Shown piece after piece: positions 35,907 to 45,005 of a stretch of 56,902 nt of DNA (position 1 is the first letter of the stretch; each line of letters begins with the position of its first letter). Source of the DNA: a virus. Lineage: Duplodnaviria; Caudoviricetes. The position numbers and the translations under genes were made by a program. The notes under the pieces were generated by a model, which did not search any database, was not told where the DNA came from, and saw nothing but the letters and a program-made list of their open reading frames with translations. The stretch spans positions 1 through 56,902 of IMG/VR virus record IMGVR_UViG_3300025099_000004; one strand, written 5' to 3'.

Positions 35907-38039
35907 ATGGAAGAAGATAACACATTTATTGAAGACGAGTCTATTGTACTAGAAGATACAGATGAGTCTACTGTAGACGATTATAATACTAATAACATTA
36001 TTCCTTATATTCAAGGTAGATATAAACGTGCGGAAGACTATCGCCAGCAAGATGAGACTCGTTGGTTAGATGCCTACAGAAACTATCGTGGTATATACGG
36101 ACCAGACGTACAGTTTACAGAAGTAGAAAAATCTAGGGTATTTATTAAAGTAACTAAAACAAAAACTCTTGCGGCGTATCAACAGCTAGAGTCCGTAATG
36201 TTTGCAAATAATAAGTTTCCTCTTACAGTTGACCCTACTGAATTACCAGAAGGTGTAGTTGCAGATGTACACTTTGATCCTAAAGAACCCGATCAGATTA
36301 AAACATCTGATGTAGACAAAGAAGTAAGTCCTTATGGTTATAAGGGTGACGGTAAAGAGTTACCTAAAGGTGCAACAGCCAAAACTCTTGGTGAAATGTT
36401 AGGTCCACTTTCAGAAAAGCTACAAGACATTGATGGTTTAAAAGAAGGTGTAGGTCTTACACCTACTGCAGTTACATTTAGTCCTGCAATGGTAGCTGCA
36501 AAGAAAATGCAAAAGAAAATACAAGACCAACTAGAAGAGTCTAATGCAAGTAAGCACCTTCGCAATACTGCATTTGAAATGGCTCTGTTTGGTACAGGTG
36601 TAATGAAGGGACCATTTGCCGTAGACAAAGAGTATCCACAGTGGGATGAAGACGGTAACTATAATCCTATAATTAAAACAGTGCCACAGGTATCGCATGT
36701 ATCTGTGTGGAACTTTTATCCTGACCCTGACGCAAACAATATGGATGAGGCACAGTATGTAATTGAACGTCACAAGATGTCAAGATCACAGCTTAGACAA
36801 CTTAAACAACGTCCATTCTTTCGTAACTCAGTAATTGATGAAGCAATTGAACTAGGTGAAAACTATACTAAAGAGTCTTGGGAAGATGATCTTTCTGATT
36901 ATGCAACTGAACATGGTGTAGAAAGATATGAAGTACTAGAGTATTGGGGTACAGTAGATGTATCTATGCTTGAGGAACAGGGTGTAGATATACCATCTGA
37001 ACTTAGCGATGTAGATGAATTACAGGCTAATGTGTGGATTTGTAACAATAAGTTACTTCGTATGGTAATTAATCCGTTTAAACCTGCACGTATTCCGTAT
37101 CATGCAGCACCCTATGAGTTAAACCCTTACTCCTTCTTTGGTGTAGGTATAGCTGAAAACATGGATGACACTCAGACTTTAATGAATGGTTTTATGCGTA
37201 TGGCAGTAGACAATGCCGTACTATCAGGTAATTTATTGATCGAGGTTGATGAGACTAACTTAGTGCCGGGGCAGGATCTATCTGTATATCCCGGCAAAGT
37301 GTTTAGGCGTCAAGGTGGCGCACCGGGTCAGGCTATCTTTGGTACAAAGTTTCCAAATGTATCAGGAGAGAACTTACAACTGTTTGACAAGGCACGTGTA
37401 CTTGCAGACGAAAGCACTGGCTTTCCTAGCTTTGCACATGGACAAACAGGTGTTACAGGAGTAGGGCGTACAGCATCAGGTATCTCAATGCTTATGGGTG
37501 CGGCACAGGGTAGTATTAAGTCTGTTGTCAAGAACATTGACGATTACTTACTACGGCCTTTAGGGGAGGGTCTATTTCGATTTAATATGCAGTTTGATTT
37601 TGATCCTGATATTAAAGGTGACTTAGAAGTTAAAGCACGTGGTACTGAAAGTCTTATGGCTAATGAAGTACGTAGCCAACGCCTTACACAATTTATGCAA
37701 ATTGCTTCAAGCCCAGCACTTGCACCGTTTACTAAATTTCCATATATCATTCGTGAGATTGCAAAGTCTCTTGAACTTGATCCAGACAAAGTTACTAACA
37801 ACATGGATGAAGCTGCAATACAGGCAGAGATAATGAAAGGTTTCCAACAAGAAGAACCTACCCCCGAACAAGGACAACCACAGGTAGACCCATCAGGATC
37901 TGGTGGAGCTACTATAGGAACAGGTGGAGTACCTGCACCGGGACAGGAAGGATTTACAGGAAATGCGCAACAACAACAAGCTACTCAACAACCTCAAGCC
38001 GCTGGTGGTCAACCAGCAGGAGTGGGACCAGTTCAATAA
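35907..38039 (+). CDS. Portal protein
   Basis: Follows terL; FGTGVMKGP, FYPDP and RTASGISML, typical of P22-like portals. Confidence 0.88.
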   Translation: MEEDNTFIEDESIVLEDTDESTVDDYNTNNIIPYIQGRYKRAEDYRQQDETRWLDAYRNYRGIYGPDVQFTEVEKSRVFIKVTKTKTLAAYQQLESVMFANNKFPLTVDPTELPEGVVADVHFDPKEPDQIKTSDVDKEVSPYGYKGDGKELPKGATAKTLGEMLGPLSEKLQDIDGLKEGVGLTPTAVTFSPAMVAAKKMQKKIQDQLEESNASKHLRNTAFEMALFGTGVMKGPFAVDKEYPQWDEDGNYNPIIKTVPQVSHVSVWNFYPDPDANNMDEAQYVIERHKMSRSQLRQLKQRPFFRNSVIDEAIELGENYTKESWEDDLSDYATEHGVERYEVLEYWGTVDVSMLEEQGVDIPSELSDVDELQANVWICNNKLLRMVINPFKPARIPYHAAPYELNPYSFFGVGIAENMDDTQTLMNGFMRMAVDNAVLSGNLLIEVDETNLVPGQDLSVYPGKVFRRQGGAPGQAIFGTKFPNVSGENLQLFDKARVLADESTGFPSFAHGQTGVTGVGRTASGISMLMGAAQGSIKSVVKNIDDYLLRPLGEGLFRFNMQFDFDPDIKGDLEVKARGTESLMANEVRSQRLTQFMQIASSPALAPFTKFPYIIREIAKSLELDPDKVTNNMDEAAIQAEIMKGFQQEEPTPEQGQPQVDPSGSGGATIGTGGVPAPGQEGFTGNAQQQQATQQPQAAGGQPAGVGPVQ

Positions 38040-38181
38040 CTATATAGAAGATTTAATTAAACAACAACACAAAACTATAGAACAGGCAGATGATAGTACT
38101 GTAGTTTTTCGGGCGCAGGGTTCTATACACACTTTGCGTAGATTACTTTTACTTAGGGAAGAAGTTCTAAAGAATGGCTGA
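37963..38181 (+). CDS. Small conserved post-portal protein
   Basis: FRAQG.I..LRRL..L motif; overlaps the portal C-terminus. Confidence 0.65.
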   Translation: MRNNNKLLNNLKPLVVNQQEWDQFNNYIEDLIKQQHKTIEQADDSTVVFRAQGSIHTLRRLLLLREEVLKNG

Positions 38182-41100
38182 TAACAAACCTATAGATACA
38201 GGTAATAAAACAGTTACTGGTAGAACTATTTGGAATGATCCAGAAACAGGAGAAGACTACTCTGAACGTTCTACAACATTTGAAATAGATGGTAAATTTT
38301 ATACTATGCCAACTGTAGCAGAAAATGGTAGCCAATATACAGAAGACCAAATAAGAACCTATGTCAAAGAAAATGGACCTGTAGATTACCTTACAGGTGA
38401 AAAACTCCCAGAGTTTAGGTATATGGAAGATGCTATAGAATACGCTATAAGCAGATCAAGTACAAGAAAACAAACAGATATGGCACAAGGTGGAGCAATA
38501 CCAATGAACAATCAAATGGAACTATTCGGTGAAGGTGGCCTTAAAGATGAAGGTGGTATGGTAGATGAAGTTTCTGGTAACGAAGTACCTGTAGGCGGCA
38601 CTAAAGAAGGTGTACGTGATGACATACCTGCCAACGTAAGTGAAGGTGAGTTTATATTTCCTGAAGATGTAGTTCGTTTTGTAGGGCTTGACAAACTCAT
38701 GCAAATACGTCAAGATGCTAAAATGGGTTTAAAGAAAATGGAAGCTATGGGTCAGATGGGTAATTCTGACGAAGCAACTATGGATGATGATATGCCATTT
38801 GGTATGGCTGATTTAATAGTAGTAGGTGGTAAAGGTGAACCTATGGAGTTTGCAGATGGTGGATTTGTACCTGTGCAAAACTTTCAAGAAGGTGGTCAAG
38901 TAACATTACCTACAGCACCTGTACCTACATTTAATCCTGATGATGTAGCTGATTATGATGCTTACTTGAGTAGTGTAGAAGTAACGGCACAAGAGTATAG
39001 AAACGCAGATGGCGAATCTATGATTATTACATTTATTAATGGTATTCCTATTGTACCTGTTCAGCCCGGATATACTTTATATGTTCCACCAGAAGAAGGT
39101 GGAGAAGCAACAGAAGCTACAGAAGTAGTAAACACTGTTAATAATAATAACAATGAAAAGTTTGGTAAAGGTAGAAACGTTAATGCTAATAACCAAGAGC
39201 CTACAGGTATTAATTATGCTGGTATGTCAGATGAAGAATTTCTTAAAAGAATAGAGTATGAAAATACTAAAGGATATAAAATACAACGTGCGGTAGCTTT
39301 AGGTGTTACTTCGTTGGTTCCTTTTGGTGGTGCATTAGCCTATGCCTCTATGCGAGGTACAGCACTTTCAAATGAAGCTCGTTTAAAAAATTTAATAGCA
39401 AGTGAATCTAATCCTGCAGAACAAGCTAAGTTAAATACTTTACTTGAAGAATTTTATAAATCTAATATTATGCAAGACTCCTCTGATGCAGGTGCATTTA
39501 CAAAATGGGTAGATGGAGTACTTGTTAAGTTAGGATTTTCTCCTGATCAAACAAAAAAAGCTGCAGAGGCTGCAGTTGTACTTAGTCAAAACAATCTTGG
39601 AAATACTGAGTTTGATGATGCCGTGGATGCCTTTCTTAAAGATAAAGAAAATAAAACTTTAGGTAGAGGTAATGCTGTAGGTGGACCTGCTACAAAAGAA
39701 CAGTTAGAAACTAGAAAAAAAGAAACAGCAGAACCATTCTTACGTTCTCAAGATCAGATAGATGAAACAAATAGAATGTTAAAAATGGAACCATTTGCAC
39801 CTACAACTAAATCTACACAACTCGCACCCGGTGATGTTGTAAACATAAATTTAAGTGGTGGCATAGATCTAAATGATAATTTTAAAGTACTTAGAGATGG
39901 ATTGCTTATACTACCTAAACTACCACCTATTGACGCAGCGGGTAAAACAGCCTCAGAAGTGGAACAAATAGTTTCAGGTCTACTTAAACTAGGAGATGAT
40001 AAACGAGGCACTACGTCTTCAGCTTCTGTTTCTATGGGGTACAAATCTACACAAACAGGTGATCCAAATATAGTTACAGATACAAACAGTGTAGGTCAAA
40101 GACCTTCTACTTATGATCCTGCTCAATTTGGTAGCGGAGAACCTGCACCTGCTGTTGAACCTGTAGCTGCACCACCATTAGCACAAACAAGCATAGATGA
40201 TAAATTTGCAGTTAAAACACCTTATGCATTAGGTTATCCTGAAGGTATGAAAAATCTTTCTGGTATAGGTTCTGTACCACCAGAACAAACTTTGCTAGAA
40301 CAATATTCCAATAATCCATTTAAACAAAAAGACATTGGAGATTTTTTAACTGCAGGTAGAAACGCTATATCTAGTATATTTCAACCTAAACAAGGTTTTG
40401 GATCTACTGTAAAAAAAGAAACAAATGTTACAGATCAACAATTACCAGAGTCAGTTCCTCAACAACAAAGCGCATTTAGTGGACCTACATTTGATACAGC
40501 GCAACAAACAGCGGAAGCATTTGATCAAGGTGTATCACGTTCTCCTGTAGTTGCTACTGAACCATTAGGTCCAAGTGTACTTGGTGGTAGAGGTACTATA
40601 AATCCAGCTAGTGGTACTATTGTAGATCCAAGAACACAACAAGAACAAAGAAATGCAGAAAGAATAAGACTTACAGGATATGATCCTATTGAACCTACAG
40701 TTAATCCTACTGCACCTCCTACATTAAGGCCACAGACAAGACCTAAAAAAGTTGCACCTAAAAAAGAAGTTGCACCACAACAACCTACAATAGAAAAATT
40801 GCAATTTAGTAATTTTAAAGGTAATGTTATTACTACAGCTTCTGACAATTTTGTTAATACTAAAGGTGTTTCTATAGATGTTAATCCAGAAGGTACACCC
40901 GGTAAAAATTCTGTTGGTGCATTTAGACAAGGTTTATATGCAGGTGATGGTTTTGAATGGAGAGAAGATGGCACTAGAATATACACGGGTGTAAATCAAG
41001 GTGTTACAGGTACTACTGATCCATCTGTTGCGTCTAAACCTTTGACACAAGAACTAATTAATCTTGACTTTATAAAAGATCTTTTTGGTACAGATAAAAA

Positions 41101-41413
41101 AGATAAAACAAGTAAAGATAAGCCTATTGTAAAAACAGGTGATGGTGGTGTTGCGGAAGCTCAAGCTATTAAAGAAAAACAAGCTAGACAGTCAGACGAT
41201 GAAAGACAGGCTGAAAGAGAAGCTGCAAGAGCCGCTACTAAAACTACAAAAGCATCAACTAAAGAATATAAAACAAAAAAAGAAGCAAGGGCTGCAACAG
41301 ATAAAGCAGTAGAAAAATTCGGTAGAGCTACTGGTGGTAGAGCTAAAGGTGGTTTGATTGACAGACCTATAAAAACAAAAAAGACTAAGAAGCGTGGTTT
41401 AGCGGCACGTTAG
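38174..41413 (+). CDS. Large modular virion-associated protein (DDIPA-GEF domain, xxGG repeats, Poly_export-like domain)
   Basis: 1079 aa between portal and scaffold; motifs described in findings. Confidence 0.7.
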   Translation: MADNKPIDTGNKTVTGRTIWNDPETGEDYSERSTTFEIDGKFYTMPTVAENGSQYTEDQIRTYVKENGPVDYLTGEKLPEFRYMEDAIEYAISRSSTRKQTDMAQGGAIPMNNQMELFGEGGLKDEGGMVDEVSGNEVPVGGTKEGVRDDIPANVSEGEFIFPEDVVRFVGLDKLMQIRQDAKMGLKKMEAMGQMGNSDEATMDDDMPFGMADLIVVGGKGEPMEFADGGFVPVQNFQEGGQVTLPTAPVPTFNPDDVADYDAYLSSVEVTAQEYRNADGESMIITFINGIPIVPVQPGYTLYVPPEEGGEATEATEVVNTVNNNNNEKFGKGRNVNANNQEPTGINYAGMSDEEFLKRIEYENTKGYKIQRAVALGVTSLVPFGGALAYASMRGTALSNEARLKNLIASESNPAEQAKLNTLLEEFYKSNIMQDSSDAGAFTKWVDGVLVKLGFSPDQTKKAAEAAVVLSQNNLGNTEFDDAVDAFLKDKENKTLGRGNAVGGPATKEQLETRKKETAEPFLRSQDQIDETNRMLKMEPFAPTTKSTQLAPGDVVNINLSGGIDLNDNFKVLRDGLLILPKLPPIDAAGKTASEVEQIVSGLLKLGDDKRGTTSSASVSMGYKSTQTGDPNIVTDTNSVGQRPSTYDPAQFGSGEPAPAVEPVAAPPLAQTSIDDKFAVKTPYALGYPEGMKNLSGIGSVPPEQTLLEQYSNNPFKQKDIGDFLTAGRNAISSIFQPKQGFGSTVKKETNVTDQQLPESVPQQQSAFSGPTFDTAQQTAEAFDQGVSRSPVVATEPLGPSVLGGRGTINPASGTIVDPRTQQEQRNAERIRLTGYDPIEPTVNPTAPPTLRPQTRPKKVAPKKEVAPQQPTIEKLQFSNFKGNVITTASDNFVNTKGVSIDVNPEGTPGKNSVGAFRQGLYAGDGFEWREDGTRIYTGVNQGVTGTTDPSVASKPLTQELINLDFIKDLFGTDKKDKTSKDKPIVKTGDGGVAEAQAIKEKQARQSDDERQAEREAARAATKTTKASTKEYKTKKEARAATDKAVEKFGRATGGRAKGGLIDRPIKTKKTKKRGLAAR

Positions 41414-41490
41414 TAATCCGTTAAATATGAACTGGCTACTCACCCCCCTTACAACACATAGGCTACGGTGGCCCCAGAACAGGAACTAAA

Positions 41491-42360
41491 ATGGAAAATC
41501 AAATAGTAGAAGCACAAGAAGCACCAAAGAGTATGATGATGCAGCGTAAAAGTAGAGTACGTGAACGTGCAGATAAAGATGAAGAAGAACTAAAAGAGTT
41601 ATTAGCAGAACAAAATAATACAAAAGAAGAGGCAGAAGTAAAGGCTAAAGAAGAAGCAGAGCCTGATACTGCAGAAGAAAGAAGCTACAAGAAACGATAT
41701 GCAGATCTACGTAGAGGATCACAAAAAGCTAAAGAAGAATTAGAAACTCGTATTGCTGCATTAGAAACACAACTTAAACAAAGCGCAGCACAAGAAATTA
41801 AACTGCCTAAGTCAGATGAAGACATTGATAGTTGGGCAAAAGAATATCCAGATGTAGCAGCCATTGTAGAAACTATTGCAATTAAAAAGGCACGTGAACA
41901 ACAGGCTGGCTTAGAGGATAAAGTAAAAGAGATAGACGCCATGCGTGAGACTGCCTCACGTGAACGTGCAGAAGTAGAGTTATTAAAAGCTCACCCTGAC
42001 TTTGGCGAAATACGTGACAGTGATGAGTTTCACGATTGGGCAGAACAACAGCCTAAGTGGGTACAAGAAGCTCTGTATGAGAATGATAACGATGCAAGGT
42101 CTGCATCACGTGCGATTGATCTGTATAAAGCAGACATGAACATATCAACAAAGAAACCTAGCAACAACAAAGATGCTGCTAAGTCTGTAAGTACTCGTAA
42201 TACTAGAAGTCAACCAGACGCTGAATCAAACAATAATAAATTGTCAGAGTCAAAAGTAAACAAAATGTCTAGTAAAGAGTACGAAAAACATCAAGACGAA
42301 ATCATGGAAGCTATACGAAGTGGTAATTTTATTTACGATATTTCGGGTAGCGCACGATAA
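41491..42360 (+). CDS. Capsid scaffolding protein
   Basis: Acidic coiled coil, KKRY.DL, HPDF; immediately before the MCP. Confidence 0.8.
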   Translation: MENQIVEAQEAPKSMMMQRKSRVRERADKDEEELKELLAEQNNTKEEAEVKAKEEAEPDTAEERSYKKRYADLRRGSQKAKEELETRIAALETQLKQSAAQEIKLPKSDEDIDSWAKEYPDVAAIVETIAIKKAREQQAGLEDKVKEIDAMRETASRERAEVELLKAHPDFGEIRDSDEFHDWAEQQPKWVQEALYENDNDARSASRAIDLYKADMNISTKKPSNNKDAAKSVSTRNTRSQPDAESNNNKLSESKVNKMSSKEYEKHQDEIMEAIRSGNFIYDISGSAR

Positions 42361-42365
42361 AAGAC

Positions 42366-42394
42366 TTGACAATACGAGTATAAAGAATATAACT
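42366..42394 (+). promoter_or_regulatory. Sigma70-type promoter for the capsid operon
   Basis: TTGACA-N16-TATAACT. Confidence 0.7.
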
Positions 42395-42402
42395 ATATAC
42401 AT

Positions 42403-42602
42403 CGGGTTTAATGCGGCCCCATTTATGGATTACCCGCATTAGCCTATCTTCACAAACATAAATAGTTCTAGCGATTACCTAATATCTTTGGCCCGTTATA
42501 TAGAAGGTCGGCCAACTTTCTACAATAATGTTACCCAACAGAGTTAGCCTCATTAAAAACGATTTTAGTTTGTATCTGTGTCTCAATGCAAAGGATATTA
42601 CA
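42403..42602 (+). ncRNA. Candidate structured 5' leader of the major capsid gene
   Basis: ~200 nt non-coding with three stem-loops sharing a GCC/TTACC internal loop. Confidence 0.45.
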
Positions 42603-43676
42603 ATGGCATTTACGACAGCTACGGGTTATGGAAATCTACCTAATGGTAATTTTAGCCCGGTCATTTACAGCAAACAGGTACAGCTTGCGTTCCGCAAAGC
42701 TACTGTCTGTGGTGACATTACTAACTCCGATTATTTCGGAGAGATAAGTGGTCAAGGCGATACCGTCAAGATCATTAAGGAACCAGAAATTTCTGTTTCG
42801 CAGTATGCACGTGGCACGAATGTCACAGCACAAGATTTACAAGACGAAGACTTCTCATTAGTCATTGACAAAGCTAACTATTTTGCTTTTAAAATGGACG
42901 ATATTGAAGAAGCTCATAGTCATGTAAACTTTATGGATCTTGCATCTAATCGTGCTGCATACCGTTTGGCAGATCAACATGACCAAGAAGTTCTTGGATA
43001 CATGGCTGGTTATGCACAGTCTTCATTGCACTCGCAAGCTGATGGACTGAACTCAACTGTAAACGGTACTAAAGCAGTATCAACTGCAGGATCGAATGAG
43101 TTGCTATCTTCTATGCAACTTCATAAGGGTGACTTTGGGAATATTACTACTGGTTCCGCAGGAACACACTCTATTCCTTTAGCTGCACGTTTACCGGGTG
43201 CAACTGCACTTCCAACGGCAACTGCTTCACCAGCAATGGTTGTAGCACGTATGGCTCGTTTACTTGATCAACAGCAAGTAGATAAGCAAGGTCGCTGGTT
43301 AGTGGTAGATCCAGTATTCATGGAAATCTTAGCTGATGAAGATTCACGCTTCATGAACGCAGACTTCGGTGAATCAGGTGGATTGCGTAATGGTCTTTCC
43401 ATTAACAACTTCCACGGCTTCCGTGTATACTCCTCGTCTAACCTGCCATCAGTAGGTACTGGACCGGGAACTACAGGTTCTGCAAACCAACTGACTAACT
43501 TCGGCGTTGTCGTAGCTGGTCATGATTCTGCTGTAGCAACTGCAGAGCAGATCAATAAGACAGAAACATATCGTGACCCTGACAGCTTTGCTGACATTGT
43601 TCGTGGTATGCATCTATACGGCAGGAAGATTCTTCGTCCAGAAGCAATCGTAACTGCTCGTTATAACGCAGCGTAA
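42603..43676 (+). CDS. Major capsid protein (HK97 fold, P22 coat-like)
   Basis: NFSPVIYS, GDTVKI, F.D..RG.HLYG.KILRPEA; AAGGA RBS before MAFTT. Confidence 0.92.
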   Translation: MAFTTATGYGNLPNGNFSPVIYSKQVQLAFRKATVCGDITNSDYFGEISGQGDTVKIIKEPEISVSQYARGTNVTAQDLQDEDFSLVIDKANYFAFKMDDIEEAHSHVNFMDLASNRAAYRLADQHDQEVLGYMAGYAQSSLHSQADGLNSTVNGTKAVSTAGSNELLSSMQLHKGDFGNITTGSAGTHSIPLAARLPGATALPTATASPAMVVARMARLLDQQQVDKQGRWLVVDPVFMEILADEDSRFMNADFGESGGLRNGLSINNFHGFRVYSSSNLPSVGTGPGTTGSANQLTNFGVVVAGHDSAVATAEQINKTETYRDPDSFADIVRGMHLYGRKILRPEAIVTARYNAA

Positions 43677-43688
43677 GGGAGATATAAC

Positions 43689-44222
43689 ATGGCTACTTAT
43701 GATATGACTTCCAGTGATACCGCTGGTGTTGGAGCAAACGTTTTAGCTGTTCCAACTAACGTTGGTAATACTGTACGAACCATTGAAGCAATACTAGATA
43801 TTGATGCAATGGTAACTGCTGGTTACTCTGGTGCAGATGGGGATGTATTTCAACTTCTTGAAATCCCTGCTGAATCCGTAGTAGTTGCTGCTGGTGCAGA
43901 GATTATGAAATCTTTCACAGCTTCTTGTACTGCCGATATTGACTTCGCTGGTGGCGATGACATTATTGATGGTGCAGATATAACTGCTGCTGCTGGTACG
44001 TATCTTGCAAAAGGTACTAATGGCGAAGCTAACGTTGTAAATACAGGAGCAGCTTCTACTTTTGCTGCCGCTGCACTTGCATGTGTTGGTGCTGCAGATA
44101 CCATTGATGTGACAATAGCTGGTGCTGCACCTGCTACTGGACGTCTACGGGTATACGCAGTAATTGCTGACGTTTCTGCCGCAATGACAGAAGCTGCAGT
44201 CGCCCAGCGTGATCTGGTATAA
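43689..44222 (+). CDS. Putative capsid decoration/minor head protein
   Basis: Ala/Gly/Thr-rich beta protein directly after the MCP. Confidence 0.6.
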   Translation: MATYDMTSSDTAGVGANVLAVPTNVGNTVRTIEAILDIDAMVTAGYSGADGDVFQLLEIPAESVVVAAGAEIMKSFTASCTADIDFAGGDDIIDGADITAAAGTYLAKGTNGEANVVNTGAASTFAAAALACVGAADTIDVTIAGAAPATGRLRVYAVIADVSAAMTEAAVAQRDLV

Positions 44223-44237
44223 TACTAAACACTACTT

Positions 44238-44262
44238 TGGGGCTGGCATGTCGCTGGCCCCA
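44238..44262 (+). terminator. GC-rich hairpin after the capsid genes (weak terminator or stabiliser)
   Basis: TGGGGCTGGC-ATGTC-GCTGGCCCCA; short U-tract only. Confidence 0.5.
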
Positions 44263-44285
44263 TTGACGCATCCAAAGGAAACTTA

Positions 44286-44996
44286 ATGGCATATACATAC
44301 TTAGATATTACAAATGAAGTTATTGCTCGTTTTAATGAGGTTGCTCTTACATCTTCTAACTTTACTGCAGCTAGAGGGTTTCAGATACAATGTAAAAATG
44401 CAGTAAACGATTCTATTGATTATATTAATACCAGTGCATACAGTTGGCCCTTTAACCATTCTACTCAAACAGATACACTTGTTGCTGGTACTACCCGATA
44501 TAGCATACCTACTACGGCTAAACACGTAGACTACGATACCTTTAGACTTGTAAAAGATGATTCATTAAGTGTAGGTGGTGGAAGTTTAAACGTTTTAGAT
44601 TACAAAGATTACCTAGATAGTTTTATTACACAGGAAGATCAAACAGATGTAGGTAGTGTACCTCGTAGTGTTTTTAGAACTCCTGATAATAACTATGGTT
44701 TATATCCTTATCCTGATAAAGCATACTCTTTAAAGTACGAATTGTATTCATATACAACTGCTTTGTCTGCAGCTACAGATGTTCCTGTAATACCAGAGCA
44801 ATATAGAGCCGTTATAGTAGATGGTGCAACTGCATATGGGTATCAGTACAGGGGTGAAGCAAATCAGTTTCAATTAAACTTTCAGAGATTTGAAGCTGGT
44901 ATAAAAAATATGAGAAGTCTTTTATCTAATAGGGTAGATTATATAAGATCTAAAATGATTACACGATCATCTAAATCTGTAAGTATGTTTGGTTAA
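44286..44996 (+). CDS. Head-tail adaptor / tail tubular protein A
   Basis: YLDITNEV...WPF...LYPYPD...IPEQY..VIVDGA; position. Confidence 0.75.
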   Translation: MAYTYLDITNEVIARFNEVALTSSNFTAARGFQIQCKNAVNDSIDYINTSAYSWPFNHSTQTDTLVAGTTRYSIPTTAKHVDYDTFRLVKDDSLSVGGGSLNVLDYKDYLDSFITQEDQTDVGSVPRSVFRTPDNNYGLYPYPDKAYSLKYELYSYTTALSAATDVPVIPEQYRAVIVDGATAYGYQYRGEANQFQLNFQRFEAGIKNMRSLLSNRVDYIRSKMITRSSKSVSMFG

Positions 44997-45005
44997 GGTT
45001 TAAAT

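Noticed and set aside
42528-42602. 25-aa N-terminal extension of the capsid protein given by the ORF track
   Set aside because: The better RBS (AAGGA) precedes ATG 42603, and the extension overlaps the structured leader.
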